From the NCBI RefSeq assembly GCF_018350175.1, contig NC_058368.1, positions 234,858,001 through 234,922,000 on the forward strand: a DNA stretch of 64,000 nucleotides, written 5' to 3'. This DNA comes from Felis catus. Taxonomy: Eukaryota. Of the stretch, positions 25,690 to 38,600 are shown piece by piece. Below the pieces are notes generated by a model. That model was not told the origin of the DNA. It searched no databases and saw only the letters and a list, made by a program, of their open reading frames with translations. Within the stretch, counting starts at the first letter, position 1; each line of letters begins with the position of its first letter. A program made the translations under genes and the position numbers.

Positions 25690-26188
25690 AGTCCCCAGTT
25701 TGGACCTGGTTCAGCGGGGAAGCTCAGTGCTGCTCCACTCAATGTCAATAGAGACATCTTGAAACCTGGGTCGCCTTGTGTCTCAGGGCTGAAGTTATCA
25801 GAAGGCTCATTCCCTTCTTACCTGGTGGTTGATGTTGGCTGGCATCCAGGACCTTCACTGAGGCTGACATCCAGAACACCTGTGTGTGGTTTCTACTTGA
25901 GGAGGCCTGGCTTCCTCGCAGGTTGGTGGCTGGTTCCAATAGCGAGCACTCAGGAGTACAAGGCAGAGTGCATGATGTTTTTATGACATACTCAGAAGTC
26001 ACATAGTGTTATTTCTGCCATATTTTATTGGTTGGGACAGTCACAGGGTTTCACACAGTTTCAAGAGTAGGAAAGCTAGGACATAGACCCTACACTCAAT
26101 GGGAATATTGTCAAAATTATGTCATAGGAATAATATGTGGGATGCAGTGTATTTTGTTGATCATTTTTGGAAAATACAATCTGCCATA
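25690..26188 (-). mobile_element. MLT1 (F-J-like) MaLR LTR
   Basis: Ends TTGGAAAATACAATCTGCCATA (reverse of the MLT1 start); contains CAGAAGTCACATAGTG..TTCTGCCATATT. Confidence 0.7.
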
Positions 26189-26421
26189 AATGCTCAAGAG
26201 ATGATCTCTTTCCCTAAGGCAATATGTACCCCCAAACTCAAAAACATTTATATCTTTTCTCTCAGTCATCTCACTTGGATATTATCCTAAGGGAATTAAG
26301 ACAAAAACACTCACAGATTTACGTATAAAGATATTTGTGATAACACTTTGAACAATGGGAATATTTAGAAATCAATTAGAAAACATGTAGATGCAAATAT
26401 AGAAATAGAGTTATTTTACAT

Positions 26422-26899
26422 TGTGGTTTGAAGTATTCCTACAACTTCTTTGATGTTCTTCCTTGTAAGAGATGGAAACTAATCCCCCTTCCTTTCAGTA
26501 AATAATGGGCCTAATGAATTATTTATACACAATATAATAAACAGTATGTCATCTGTGTGACTTTGGAAACTGTGTCATGAAAGTCACTGAGACTCACACC
26601 TTCTCCACCTTAGATCTCTCACTTTGCGGAAAGTCGCCTACATATTATGAGGAGAGGTCCACGTGGTGACCCATGTGAAAGTGCCATTAAAAATGTTTTT
26701 TTCCAGCCTTCAGATGACCATCGCCCCACCTGCCATCTTGATTGCATTGTGACTGTAATGCTCTGTCTCCTGTATGGAGATGGTGAGCCAGAATCTGCTC
26801 CCAGATTCCTAAATCTCAGAAACCATGTGAGATAGTAAATATTCTTTGAAGCTTCAAGTTTTTAAAGAATAATTTGTGACACACCAATAGATAACTAAG
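26422..26899 (+). mobile_element. MLT1 (F/G-like) MaLR LTR
   Basis: TGTGG start; CCCAGATTCCT..CAGAAACCATGTGAGAT..AATAGATAACTAA end. Confidence 0.7.
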
Positions 26900-27149
26900 T
26901 TTTACAACATTCCACTCAACGGAATGCCGTGAGACCACTGAAAACCATATTTTATAAGATTAGTCTATGATATGGAGATACATTCACAACACTACTAACA
27001 ATACAAACTGACCAAGTCAATATATGCAGTATAATCACAATTTCTTTTTACAATGCAAATCTATACGGAGACAGAAAGATTAAAGAAAAAGAGAATTTAG
27101 TACTCGATGAGGATGATTACTATGGTAAAAAATTTATCCTTTATCACTT

Positions 27150-27360
27150 GGTCTGAGATTGAATCCCACTTACTAGTTGTGCGAACATAGGGCTGTATAA
27201 CCAATTATTAAGTCTCTACACCTCAGTTTACTCATCTATATAATGCAACTCATATAATGCCACCTAATTTATGAGGCTTGGGGAGAAATAAGCTAAAAAT
27301 GTCTAAAAAGTACTCAGTGCCCAGATTGTGGCAAGTATGTAACGAATGTTAGATAATTTT
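27150..27360 (+). mobile_element. MIR
   Basis: CCACTTACTAGTTGTG...CCTCAGTTTACTCATCTATATAATG core. Confidence 0.7.
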
Positions 27361-27896
27361 CACTGTGACCACGAGTAATAAATAGTTCTTTCTGGAACTC
27401 ACAATTTTTCTAAAATAGATTTGCATCATCTTTATGGCTGTAAAAGCGCTCTTTAACTCGGATTCCTATATTGGTAATTTTTGTAACCTTGTGTTTGAGG
27501 TACTCCCGCTCCTTCCTCCCTTTGCTTACAGAGTGGGGACATCTGAGGCATAGGAGAGGCTCAGACTAGAAGCACTAGAGGGTCCTCGCTGTGCTGTGAC
27601 CCGAGTCTTCGACGTGCAGGCAAGGGGCCGGAGAATCAGTCACACAGTTGGCTGTGAGTGGTGGCAGCCGAGGAGAGGAGTCAGCCTGGGCACAGCACAG
27701 TCCCATCTGTGTTCGTGGGTAACGAGGCCCAGCAGATCTTCCTGGAAAGTGAAGACAGCCCAGCCCATGAAGCCTCTTGCCACAAATCCCCCGGGCTGGT
27801 GGGGACATTTTTACAAAGGCAAGGCACCCCCCGTTTCAGAGATAGTACCACATTTAGTGGACTCTCTGTGCGTAGTCCTGTAAACTTACATCAGTC

Positions 27897-28127
27897 TTTT
27901 TTTTTTATTTTAATTTTTTAAACATGTATTTATTTTTGAGAGAGAGAGAGACAGACAGAGTGCGAGTAGGGGAGGGGCAGAGAGAGATGGGGACACAGAA
28001 TCCGAAGCAGGCTCCAGGCTCTGAGCTGTCAGCACAGAGCCTGACACGAGGCTCGAACTCGTGGACCACGAGGTCATGACCTGAGCCGAAGTCAGATGCT
28101 TAACCGACCGAGCCCCCCAGGCGTCCC
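27897..28127 (-). mobile_element. Can-SINE
   Basis: TSD AACTTACATCAGTC at 27883-27896 and 28128-28141. Confidence 0.94.
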
Positions 28128-28437
28128 AACTTACATCAGTCCTTATTCTTTTTTTTTCATTCTTCCATGTATAGGGGCCCCATGTCCATCAATATAGTTG
28201 TATAAAAGAGACACAGTGTCAGGCCTTCCTGTTTTGTCTTTTAACCAGACCTTAGAGATCATGAAGGTGTGGATCACACTTACCCCTAGCTCTGTAAATC
28301 CAACTTTCCATAAATAATTTTAAAATGAAAGATTGAAAACACACAAAAATGAGCCTCATATTATAAATATGGAGATACCCTCCCTGGGTTTCCTTGGGAA
28401 ACACAGTTTCAGAAATGCAAGTTTAAAACCAAAAATA

Positions 28438-28651
28438 GGGGCGCCGGGATGGCTCAGTCTGTTAAGCGTCTGACTTCAGCTCAGGTCATGATCTCACAGT
28501 CTGTGAGTTCGAGCCCTGCGTCTGGCCTGGAGCCTGCTTCGGATTCTGTGTCTCCCTCTCTCTCTGCCCCTCCCCTGCTCATGCTCTGTCTCTCTCTGTC
28601 TCAAAAATAAATAAAAACATTAAAAAAATTAAAAAAACAAAAACAAAAATA
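28438..28651 (+). mobile_element. Can-SINE with small internal deletion
   Basis: Head and tail present; the TCTGTGCTGACAGCTCAGAG segment is missing. Confidence 0.9.
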
Positions 28652-29575
28652 ACTGGGCCAGGAGAATGAATAGTCATGGTTTTTTGATGATCGCTCTTCC
28701 CTCTGAAAGCAGCTACGACACATGTCTGTGGCATCTTGCCTTGTGTCCCCCTGTGAGCACGTTGGGATGATGGTCTGCTCTTCGGCCATAATGGGGACGT
28801 GATGGCATTCTTCTTGTCCACCGGAGAGTTAGCACAGACTTCCGAACAGAGCCTCCCCAGTTGCGCCCAGATTTAAATTTATTCCTGCTTCTTCCTTTTG
28901 TTTATCCACTGGGTTCAAAATGCCTCTCTGAGGTCAAAACACTCCGCATCAACAACTTTCCAGGATATTCCATAGCAGCAAACCTGTCAGTAAACAAAAA
29001 CCAAAAAGCTGATGTGTGAGATGCTCCTCTGAGTTTTAATGTCTATTAGTTACTACAGCTAGTGACTACTAACTAGTCTTACTAGTACCAGAGACTACTC
29101 CTTATTGCTGGGATCTTGTCTTGTCCCCCTTTACTCACTGGATCTTCTAGACCTCTTCAGGAGACCAGTCTTTTTTTTTAAATCCGTCGTGCTGAGAATT
29201 TAATGTGTCTTTATAAAGATGCTTATTCTCAGCAATATTTCAAAGATTACTTGTTGTGATCAGCATCATATTATAAATTTATTTCCATGGACCAGACTGC
29301 AGCCAATCTTGCCCAGACATCAAATGTTATCTCAGAATTTGCTCCTCTATTTTCAAGGCCCTTCTAGCGAGGTCCGTTCTGTCTTTCCTATTGGAAAAGA
29401 GAGGAGACATGAGAGTGGTTTTCTTCTTTCAAGAGTCAAATCCCCTCTGGTTATGCCAACTTGTAGTTATTTTCCAGTGCTTCAAAAGTTGTGTATCGTG
29501 TTTTACACAAAGTTCATAATTGTCCTTGGCTGGGAAGTTAGTCCAACACAAGGAATTCCTCTAGGAAGGAGTTCT

Positions 29576-29804
29576 TTTTTTTTTTTTTTAATGTTTTTAT
29601 TTATTTTTGAGACAGAGAGAGACAGAGCATGAGCGGGGGCGGGGGGCGGGCAGAGAGAGAGAGAGGGAGACACAGGATCCGAAGCAGGCTCCAGGCTCTG
29701 AGCTGTCAGCACAGAGCCTGACGTGGGGCTTGAACTCACAGACTGTGAGATCATGACCTGAGCCGAAGTCGGACGCTTAACCGACTGAGCCACCCAGGTG
29801 CCCC
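29576..29804 (-). mobile_element. Can-SINE
   Basis: Perfect TSD TCTAGGAAGGAGTTCT at 29560-29575 and 29805-29820. Confidence 0.95.
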
Positions 29805-29903
29805 TCTAGGAAGGAGTTCTAAGAAGGGATTGAGAAGGCACATCTTAACATAGTTTCACATTTCTGTTTTAAAAATGTACCAGTTGTATGGATGTGAGAA
29901 ATA

Positions 29904-30418
29904 TAGTCAATTCTCATTATTCACAGTCTTTCTGTTCTGTAAATTTGGCATAAATACTGAATGAGTGAATACTGAGCATTGCTCCCTGGGCACACACAGA
30001 GTTAGGTTCCTGTGAGCTGTTATTTTCATCAATCGGCACACAATCTTTTTGTGTTTCTATTAACGATATCCTATTTGACGTACGATGTTGATTCTTTAAC
30101 ATTAAACTCACGGCCAAAGCACTATAACCCATGTCTGAACAAAACTTACCTAACGTTATGTGTTTTCTCCAACATGCACATCACAGCCTCCTTGGGCTTG
30201 AGAATAGACAGGACTTCTGCATTATGCTTTGGGCTTATTTTAAACTGCAAAATCACTAACAAAAAGCAGAAAAACACAAAACCATGACACAAAATATATT
30301 ACAAAAAGCACACCTGTTGTCAGTAGGAGAGTTAGAACCGGAAGGCGGAATGTTGTCTTGTCTGGCCACGAGAATGCTGAAAGTACTGATTTGGAAGTTA
30401 TACATAAATTTTAGTAAG
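29904..30418 (+). mobile_element. MER82-like TcMar-Tigger non-autonomous DNA transposon
   Basis: TA followed by TAGTCAATTCTCATTATTC start; GTTAGGTTCCTGTGAGC, AACTCACGGCCAA, CACATCACAGCCT and AAATCACTAACAAAAAGCA match the recalled consensus; 3' TIR lost. Confidence 0.8.
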
Positions 30419-30750
30419 TTCAATTTTTTCTGGGCTTTATTTTCCCTTAATGCTTCATTTTGTATAGTTGCTATTTCTATGTTCAGATTCATTGATTTTT
30501 TTTTTACAGGACTTAATTTTGTGTTAATACCATCCAGTGAAGTTCCCCTAATACTCAAAGTAGAGGATCTTTTAACACATGGGACTTTTATGGATAGGAC
30601 TTGTTTTCATCTCAATAAGTACGTGAGTTTCTTCTTTATACCCTCGATTTTTCTTCTCATCGTATTCATGTTTTCTGAGCATAATATAAATACTGTCTTC
30701 AAGTCTTTTTGTGCTAATTTATAATCTCTCTTGTTTCTAGGTCTGTTTTT

Positions 30751-30975
30751 TTAGTTTTTTTTTTTTTTTTTTAATGCTTATTCATTTTTTGAGAGAGAGA
30801 GACAGAGCATGATTGGGGGAGGGACAGGGAGAGAGGGAGACACAGAATCCGAAGCAGGCTCCAGGCTCTGAGCTGTCAGCGCAGAGCCCGACGTGGGGCC
30901 TGAACCCACGGAAGGCGAGATCATGACCTAAGCTCAAGTTGGACGCTTCACCGACTGAGTCACCCGGACACCCCC
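30751..30975 (-). mobile_element. Can-SINE
   Basis: TSD TRGGTCTGTTTTT on both sides. Confidence 0.92.
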
Positions 30976-32820
30976 TGGGTCTGTTTTTATAGGCTCATTT
31001 TTCTCCTGGTAATGGGTGGGATAGCTCTGTACCTATTGTCTTTTCCAGTAATTTTTGGTTGGACTCACTTATAATTTTGAGCTCCCAGTATTGTTTTATT
31101 GCTTGAAAACGTGTTGGACTTGAGCTGGTATATAACCAGGGCACTTTACAACCTGTGGGCCAGCTCGAACCTTTTGAAGCTTGGTTTTTAGAATTTTTTT
31201 TGGACACACTTGGGGCAGATTTTACTCGAGGGCTGTTTGATCCCTAGTTCTCTGAGGGCGACTTCTGTATGCTTATTGATTTTCTGGGATCTCTACAACA
31301 TGCCCAGTGTATTCGACAAGAGAGCTGTAGACTGGCTGGTAGGAATGCAAATTCTCACCTCTGCCTGGGGATTTTTTGGCTTCCCTGGCGATATTTCTGA
31401 ACCTGGAAGTAGTTCATTTTCCAGCGTCCTGGAGTTTCTTCTCTTCCTCCAAGGGCTATCCCTCTCTCTTCCGCTGAGAAGAGTGTTCTGCCTGAGTTCC
31501 TCTACCCAGAGAGAATTCTAGAAATTGTCTGCAGGCATAATGTGATGACAGGCATTGCCCGTTTGTCTCCTTCTGTTAAGGGTCAGAGTTCTGTGCTGAC
31601 TATCGTCCAATATCTTGGACGTATTTTGTCTAGTTTTTATTTCCAGTTGTTTATGGTGTGTGGGTACATCCCACACCAGTTACCTTTCCAAGGTGGAAGC
31701 ATACACCCCTTAGCAAATGTTTACTTTTCCTTCTCATCTTCAGATTTTTATCCCACTTAGCATTGGTCTTTGTATAATATAATATTTAAATTTTATATAT
31801 ACTTTTTATTTTTATTTTTTGGATGACTACTTTTCCTCATACTCTTCACCAAACATGCTGGCATTTCTCCACTGAATTGCAAAGCTGCCTTGGCGACGTA
31901 CCAGTTTTCACTAGACTCAATCCTTGACAATGTATTTGATGTTTTGTGAATAGCATTTTTCATAATTCGATTTTCTGTTTGTTGATGGTTATTTAGAACG
32001 CAGTCCATTTTCACATATTGATTTTACATCCAGCAACCTTCTGAATTTTCTTTAATTTCAATAAATTAGCTCTAGATTCTCTTGGGTTTTCTATGAACAC
32101 AAATATATTGACTCTTCTGTTCTTTAATATTTGCTTCCTTATTCTCACTTAATAGTGTTGTCTTGGGCACCCAGAAAAAAAAATTGAAAGAAAAATGTAG
32201 TGAGAATAAGCATTTATTATTTCTCTAATATTAGAGAAAATTCTGTTGTCATTTCACAATCAAATGTGGTATTCATTATAGTTTTTTTTAGCAAATACTG
32301 ATTATAATAAGTAAAATTATGTTCTTTCTAGATTTTAGAAAAGCTTTATTTTGAATGTAATTGAATTTAATTAAATATAATTACTGTATGCCTTAAATTA
32401 ATTGTTTTCCATCTATGTTTTGAATTGCAGTTATAGATTTTATAATGTTGATTATCCTTATGTTCTTGGCATAAAACCAATATGTTCATGATGTATTCTT
32501 TTTTCAATGTATCACTGGATTTAGCCTGCTGATATATTGAACATTGTTGCTTCTATGATCAACAGTGAAAGTAGTCTACAACATCCTTTTCTTATAATGT
32601 CCTTGTCCCTTTCTTATAATGTCCCTTTCTTATAATGTCCTTGTCCCTACTTTGAACAATCTTATTATCAGATTTGAGACCAGCTTTTTTATCCTTGGAT
32701 ACAGGATACAGGATGGAGTCCTTGGATTAACTTCTACAATGTTAGAATATCTGTTCTTGGAATTATTGGTAGAATTTTTACCTGAAGGCCTTTTTGTTTT
32801 GTTTTTAGTTTTTGGTGAAA

Positions 32821-32843
32821 TTTTATTTTATTTTATTTTAAAG

Positions 32844-32874
<31 letters not shown>

Positions 32875-33049
32875 AGAGAGAGAGATAGTGAGCGGGGTAG
32901 GGGCAGAGAGAGAGAAAGAATCCCAAGCAAGCTGGGCACACTGTCAGCACCAAGCCCCATGTGGGGCTCGATCTCACAAACCATGAGTTCATGACCTCAA
33001 CCCAAATCAAGAGTCAGACACTCAACCCACTGAATCACCCAGGTGTCCC
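32821..33049 (-). mobile_element. Can-SINE
   Basis: (TTTTA)n tail, (GA)n, reverse head CCCAGGTGTCCC. Confidence 0.9.
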
Positions 33050-33225
33050 TTTGTCTCCTTGTAAAAATGCACTTATTTGTTTTATTAATTTCTGCTGGTA
33101 TCTTATAACATTCCTTCTACTTTGTTCATGCTTATTCCTTTGCTTTTTTTTCTCTAATATATTGATTTCAATAATAATACTATGCATTTCCTGTCAATCT
33201 TCTTTGCTAATGTTAGTATAATTCT

Positions 33226-33449
33226 TTTTTTTTTAAATTTTTTTTTCAACGTTTATTTATTTTTGGGACAGAGAGAGACAGAGCATGAACGGGGGAGGGG
33301 CAGAGAGAGAGGGAGACACAGAATCGGAAACAGGCTCCAGGCTCCGAGCCATCAGCCCAGAGCCTGACGCGGGGCTCGAACTCACGGACCGTGAGATCGT
33401 GACCTGGCTGAAGTCGGACGCTCAACCGACTGTGCCACCCAGGCGCCCC
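33226..33449 (-). mobile_element. Young felid Can-SINE (SINEC_Fc type)
   Basis: Perfect 18-bp TSD TAATGTTAGTATAATTCT at 33208-33225 and 33450-33467. Confidence 0.95.
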
Positions 33450-33544
33450 TAATGTTAGTATAATTCTAAATGTCTTTATAACTCTTATTTTGAGAAGTAG
33501 TATTTTTATTATCATTTATGTCTAGGTGTATTCTAATTTTTATT

Positions 33545-33642
33545 TTTATTTATTTTTATTTTTTACTTTTTCTACATCCAATGTGGGGCTCAAACTTACT
33601 ACCCCGAGATCAAGAGTCATATATTCTACCAGCCAGGTGCCC
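33545..33642 (-). mobile_element. Short tRNA-Lys-like Can-SINE
   Basis: TSD TGTATTCTAATTTTTATT at 33527-33544 and 33643-33660; tRNA-like body. Confidence 0.85.
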
Positions 33643-33883
33643 TGTATTCTAATTTTTATTATACTTTCTTCTGTGAATCATAGGTTCTGCACAAGTTTGC
33701 TTTGAGATACCCTGACATACATTATTTTTAAAAATAGATAACAATTTACTTGCGCTCTGGTCAGAAGAAATAGTCTGTGAAACCCATGGTGATTTGTCTT
33801 ATGGTCTAGATAACAAAATCAATATTAACAAAAGTTCCAATATTAGTCAATGTTCCCAGGTGAAGTGTTCTATATATGTTTTT

Positions 33884-34102
33884 AAAAAAAATTTTTTTTA
33901 ATGTTTATTTATTTTTGAGACAGAGAGAGACAGCACATGAATGAGGGAGGGTCAGAGAGAGAGGGAGACACAGAATCTGAAGCAGGCTCCAGTCTCTGAG
34001 CTGTCAGCACAGAGCCTGACGCGGGGCTCGAACTCACAGACTGTGAGATCATGACCTGAGCCGAAGTTGGCCGCTTAACCGACTGAGCCACCCAGGCGCC
34101 CC
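33884..34102 (-). mobile_element. Can-SINE
   Basis: TSD TATATATGTTTTT at 33871-33883 and 34103-34115. Confidence 0.94.
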
Positions 34103-34529
34103 TATATATGTTTTTTTTTAAATCAAGATATTTTATAATTGCAACATTAAAGTAGCCTATATCCTATTTCTATTCCATATATTTATGTCATAGTTGCTGA
34201 AAGAGATTGTCCTAATGATCTCCCACAATAATAACACATTTTTCATTTCCACCTGTAATTGTCAGTGTTCGTCTTCATATGTCCTGAAGCTCTGAGATAC
34301 AGACACGCACACTGAATTTTACATGAAGATATTTAGAATTTTCCTGGGGAAACTTATCTATTGTCATTATGTTTATATTTTTATGTTTGATGATAATTTT
34401 GTCTTAAAACTCTACTTTGTTCTAAGTTAATACATGTTTTCTTTGCTTAATGCTCTTTGCTTTGGCTAAACTTGATTTTGACTTTGTTTATCCTTGTACT
34501 TTCAACAGCTCCATGTTTTGCCTCATTCA

Positions 34530-35353
34530 CATGTGGGTAAAAACTTGAATAGACATTTCTCCATGGAAAATATAAAAATAAGCATGTGAAAAGATGTTTG
34601 ACATCAGTGATCATTAGGGACATGCATATCAAAACTACAATGAAACAAACAAAAGCTACAATGAGATACCTCTTCACATCCATTGGGCCGTCTACTAAAA
34701 AAAAAAAAAAAAGAAAACACAAGGTAATAAGTATCCATGAGGATGTGGAACAATTTGAAGCCTTGCGTACTGTCGGTGAGAATGTAAAATGTACAGTGGC
34801 AGGGGCAAATACTATGATGTTTCCTCGAAAAATAAAAATAGAATTATCATATGATTCAGCAATTCCATTTCTGGGTGTTTACCCCAACGAACTGAGAGTG
34901 AAGCTTTTTACACATCAATGTTCATAACAGCACTGTTTACAGTAGCTAAAAGATAGAAGCAACCTAAATGTCCATCGAATGATGATTGGATGAGCAAAAT
35001 GTGATGTGTACGTTCAATGCGACATTATTGAGCCTTAAAATGAAGGAAATTCTGACCCGTGCTCCAGCACGGATCAACACTGAGGACGTTGTGAAATAAG
35101 CCCGTCGTGGAAAGACAAACACTATGTGATTCCACTTAGTCAAAACCGTGGATACAGAAAGCAAGCTGACAGAGGCTGTGGAAAGGAGAAATGGGAAGTT
35201 ATTGTTTGATGGGAAGGGAGTTTCAGCTTTACAAGATAAAAAGGGTTCTGGAGACAGATGGCGGCGATGGTTGTCCAACATTATGAACTCAACTGTGCAC
35301 TTACAAATGGCTACTATGATAAATGTTATGTTATGTGTACTTCACAATAAAAA
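34530..35353 (+). mobile_element. L1 3' end (L1MA/MB-like): ORF2 C-terminus and 3' UTR
   Basis: MKRCLTSVIIRDMHIKTTM...IELSYDSAIPFLGVYP matches the ORF2p C-terminal region; ends TTATGTGTACTTCACAATAAAAA. Confidence 0.9.
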
Positions 35354-35622
35354 ATGGGGAAAAGGGTACGACATTTCCCAAATTGATTAATCACAGAAAT
35401 GTCCCCGAGAATTGGCTCGGCTAGCGGCCCCCTAATGACCACAGGGAGCTCTGGAGGTTTGGAAATGGTCTTTGGACAGGGACACTAGAGCCTGACCCTA
35501 AAACTGGGCAGAAACCATTTCTCCTAAGCTCTCAAATGATCTCTTTAGTTCCGTTCAGAAGATGACACCAATACATTTTGTACTTTATGGGATTAGGGAG
35601 ACATCCTCCCCCCATCACCCTG

Positions 35623-35623
<1 letters not shown>

Positions 35624-35658
<35 letters not shown>

Positions 35659-35690
35659 GGAGAGAGGGAGAGGGAGAGAGAGAAAGAGAG
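35624..35690. repeat. Compound (CA)n-(GA)n microsatellite
   Basis: Read directly from the sequence. Confidence 0.9.
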
Positions 35691-38600
35691 ATTACTTCCT
35701 TTCCAAAGCAAGAAGTATTACTTCTCTCTGGTTAGCTTACCTAGTTGGCCTTCAATTCCATGGGAGAGACAATGCTTCTCCCCACAGAGGCCAGAGAGAT
35801 GGTGTAGAGAAGGCCCATCCTTCCTCAGGAACTTGATCTCCCCCACATCAGGAGGCTCCATGGAGACGTAAACACCTACACTGGATCCTTCCACCACTAG
35901 GACACGTCCTAGAGGAGAGCTGGAGCCATCCTAGATGCCATTACTACACCGTCCCACACTGTGGATTCTTTAAGCCATTCTGAAGTGAATACTTGGGTAT
36001 TTACATTTGGGTAAAACCCACTTGGACCTTTTCATATTCTCAAGTTTGCCAGGCAAAGGACACCTTCCTGCACATGGGACAGATGGACATAGGTGGCAAT
36101 GGACATCTCGAAGGCCCATCAGACAGACACGTGCATCATTTCTTCCTCCTCACCTTCCTCCTCCTCACTCGCACACACTGGGGGGCTCCGAGGAAATTGT
36201 CGTGGGAAGTAAATCCATGCTTCTTTGTTGAAGGGAGCAGAAAATTCAGAAAACAAAAGGGTAAAAACCCCAACGAAAGGAGCATGCACATCTGTTAGGA
36301 GAAATGAAACAACACACATCTCACCACGGACAAGCATTTGGAAGGAGGAAAAGACAAAGGTTCAGTGGGAAGTGCTTTGAGTAACTGGAGGCAAAGCTTA
36401 GGGCAACTGCACTGACTCCAGTGGAGTAGACTTGGTCTGTCTTTGAATGTTGAAGAGGTGAGTTTCAGAAGGCGGAGAGTCAGGGCCAATGGCAAGCCTG
36501 CGGGGACATCTGCAGACTGATGCCCATGACACGCGGATGGCAGAGAGGCCGCGGAGAGCAAGGGATTACACAGCGGGTTTCTATGCTGGAATCAAATAAC
36601 TCTAATTGCATTTAACAGAAGATTTTAGCGTGGGTAGCAGAGGGTCAGTTAATAAGCCAGCTTACGGCCAAGAGCTGGGGTTTTATTAAATTTTAGAGGC
36701 AGTACGGAGACACTGTGAGACCCTGTCAAAAGAAGTCAAGATCAAAATGAGGCCGGTTGAAGATAATTCTTTCTGTCTCTGCCATGTCGATGGAGGTTCT
36801 GAAATACTAGAAACAGGAAAGGGTTTGAAAAGTCTCTCTGGCAGGTGACAGGAGCTGGGAGTCAGGCAGAGAAGACTTGACCATGAGAGTGGACACGGAT
36901 GGAGGAAGTTCAAAAACAACCAAATAGACAAACAGAGCCAAGTGTGATGGGCTGAGGACAGAGAGAAATCATTCAAAGCCTCACGGGGGGAGAGAGAATG
37001 GTGACCTTCAGTGGAGACCTCCAAAGGGTGTGCAGGTCTCTGGCTACATGGCTGAAGTTTGTGGACAGGGAGACGACGTAGCCACGGGTTCGTCCACTCA
37101 CTTAGTGTTACCGAGGGCCACGCATTGCACTTAGAAGCAAAGTACAAGTATGTGTAACGAAAATTAGGCCGTGCCTTCCAGCCGTTCATGGTCTAGAGGA
37201 ACACACAGGCAGGTGACTGGCCTGTGACAGCAGGAGTCTACAGAGCTATGATACAGCTGAGGGCAGGGTCCCAGGGAACCTCTAGGAGCAGTGCCTTACC
37301 AGCTTGGGGATTGGACTGGGGGAGGAATGGCTCCTTCAGGTGCTAGGAGTAAGGGACACCCTCTCTAGGGCGGTCGATGCCCGCGATTGTCGCTCTCAAG
37401 CAGGACTCTGATGCCGGTGCCTCAGGAAGGCAACGCTTTGCGTCTCCAGCAACATCCATGTCAAATGACTGGAACACGCATTTTCCGCAGGTTGTCTTTT
37501 GACAAATGAGCCTAGAGACGTAGAGCCCAGAGGGCGCAGAGGGGCGAGCACGGTGTGTCGAGGAAAAGGGGGGCACGGCAGCACTAAAGCCAAAAGCCGG
37601 GCTTCCGGCCCTGGAAGGCTGAGATGCAGGACGCCATGTGTTCTGGTTAATAGGTTAATATTCTAACCCTTTAGGTATCTCAGGATACCACATGACAGAC
37701 ACGATTTCATTCCTGATCCCTGCCCTGGGCGTCTGCTGACTCACGATGGGGTGCTGCTCCCCGCATCCTGAAGTTGTTTCTTCCCTTAGTGCTGCGGCCA
37801 AGACCCAAGACCACAATACAGATCTCGTGAGGATGCCACACACACTCACCCCACGGCCACACGGCGGGGCTCCCGCCTGGCGTCCCCTCCTCGCCTTTCC
37901 TCTCCTCCCGCGGGTCTGGTTCTCCACCAGAATACAGCCCTTCATTTCTTTCCTTTCCTAATTCATTACCATCTCATTGAAAAATGAGCCACATTGCCCC
38001 TCCCGTCCCTCTGCCTGTAGTTGCACGGAGTCTTTCCGATTCGGTTCTCTATCCCCTTCACGGGTATGTATTCTGAGCCCGTTACAGAAATTACTGAGGA
38101 GGAAGGGGTTGCTGGCTGACCTGGAAACAAGCACTCTATCTACAAGCGAGCCACAGGGTAAGAATAAATGGTGAGAGATAGAAATGTCTGGAAAACGTTG
38201 GTGGCCCCTCTCTATTTTTAGTCCCTGGAGGCAGGGCTTGAGTCAAGGATTCAGGAGGAACAGTTTAAGTGGGAAAAGCAGGAGTCTCTGGTAGTGGCTG
38301 GGGACGTGGGCAAGGTAGAGGGGGACAGTCAGCAAACTGCATCATCGACATTAACCCCACGGAGGCGCCCCAGGAAAAGTCGTGGCACAGACATCCGGGG
38401 TGATCCCGCTTACGGGGGGAAGACACCTGCCGGGCGTCCACGGAGCCTCCTAGCAGCCTGAACTTGGGTATGTTCCCGAGGAGTGCTAATTCCTTGCACT
38501 TTGCTGTCTGTGTGCAGAGTGACTGTCCCTCCCTTTGGAAGGAGCTCCAGGTCCCTGAGATGCACACACTGTGGGAGCGGTGCCAGGATGTGCGCCTCTG

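Larger units (their letters stand above)
30420..34525 (-). mobile_element. Degraded old L1 fragments hosting five SINEs
   Basis: T-rich + strand with L1-antisense motifs such as ATATTGATTTTACATCCAGCAACCTT and TAGATTCTCTTGGGTTTTCTATG; boundaries approximate. Confidence 0.6.
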
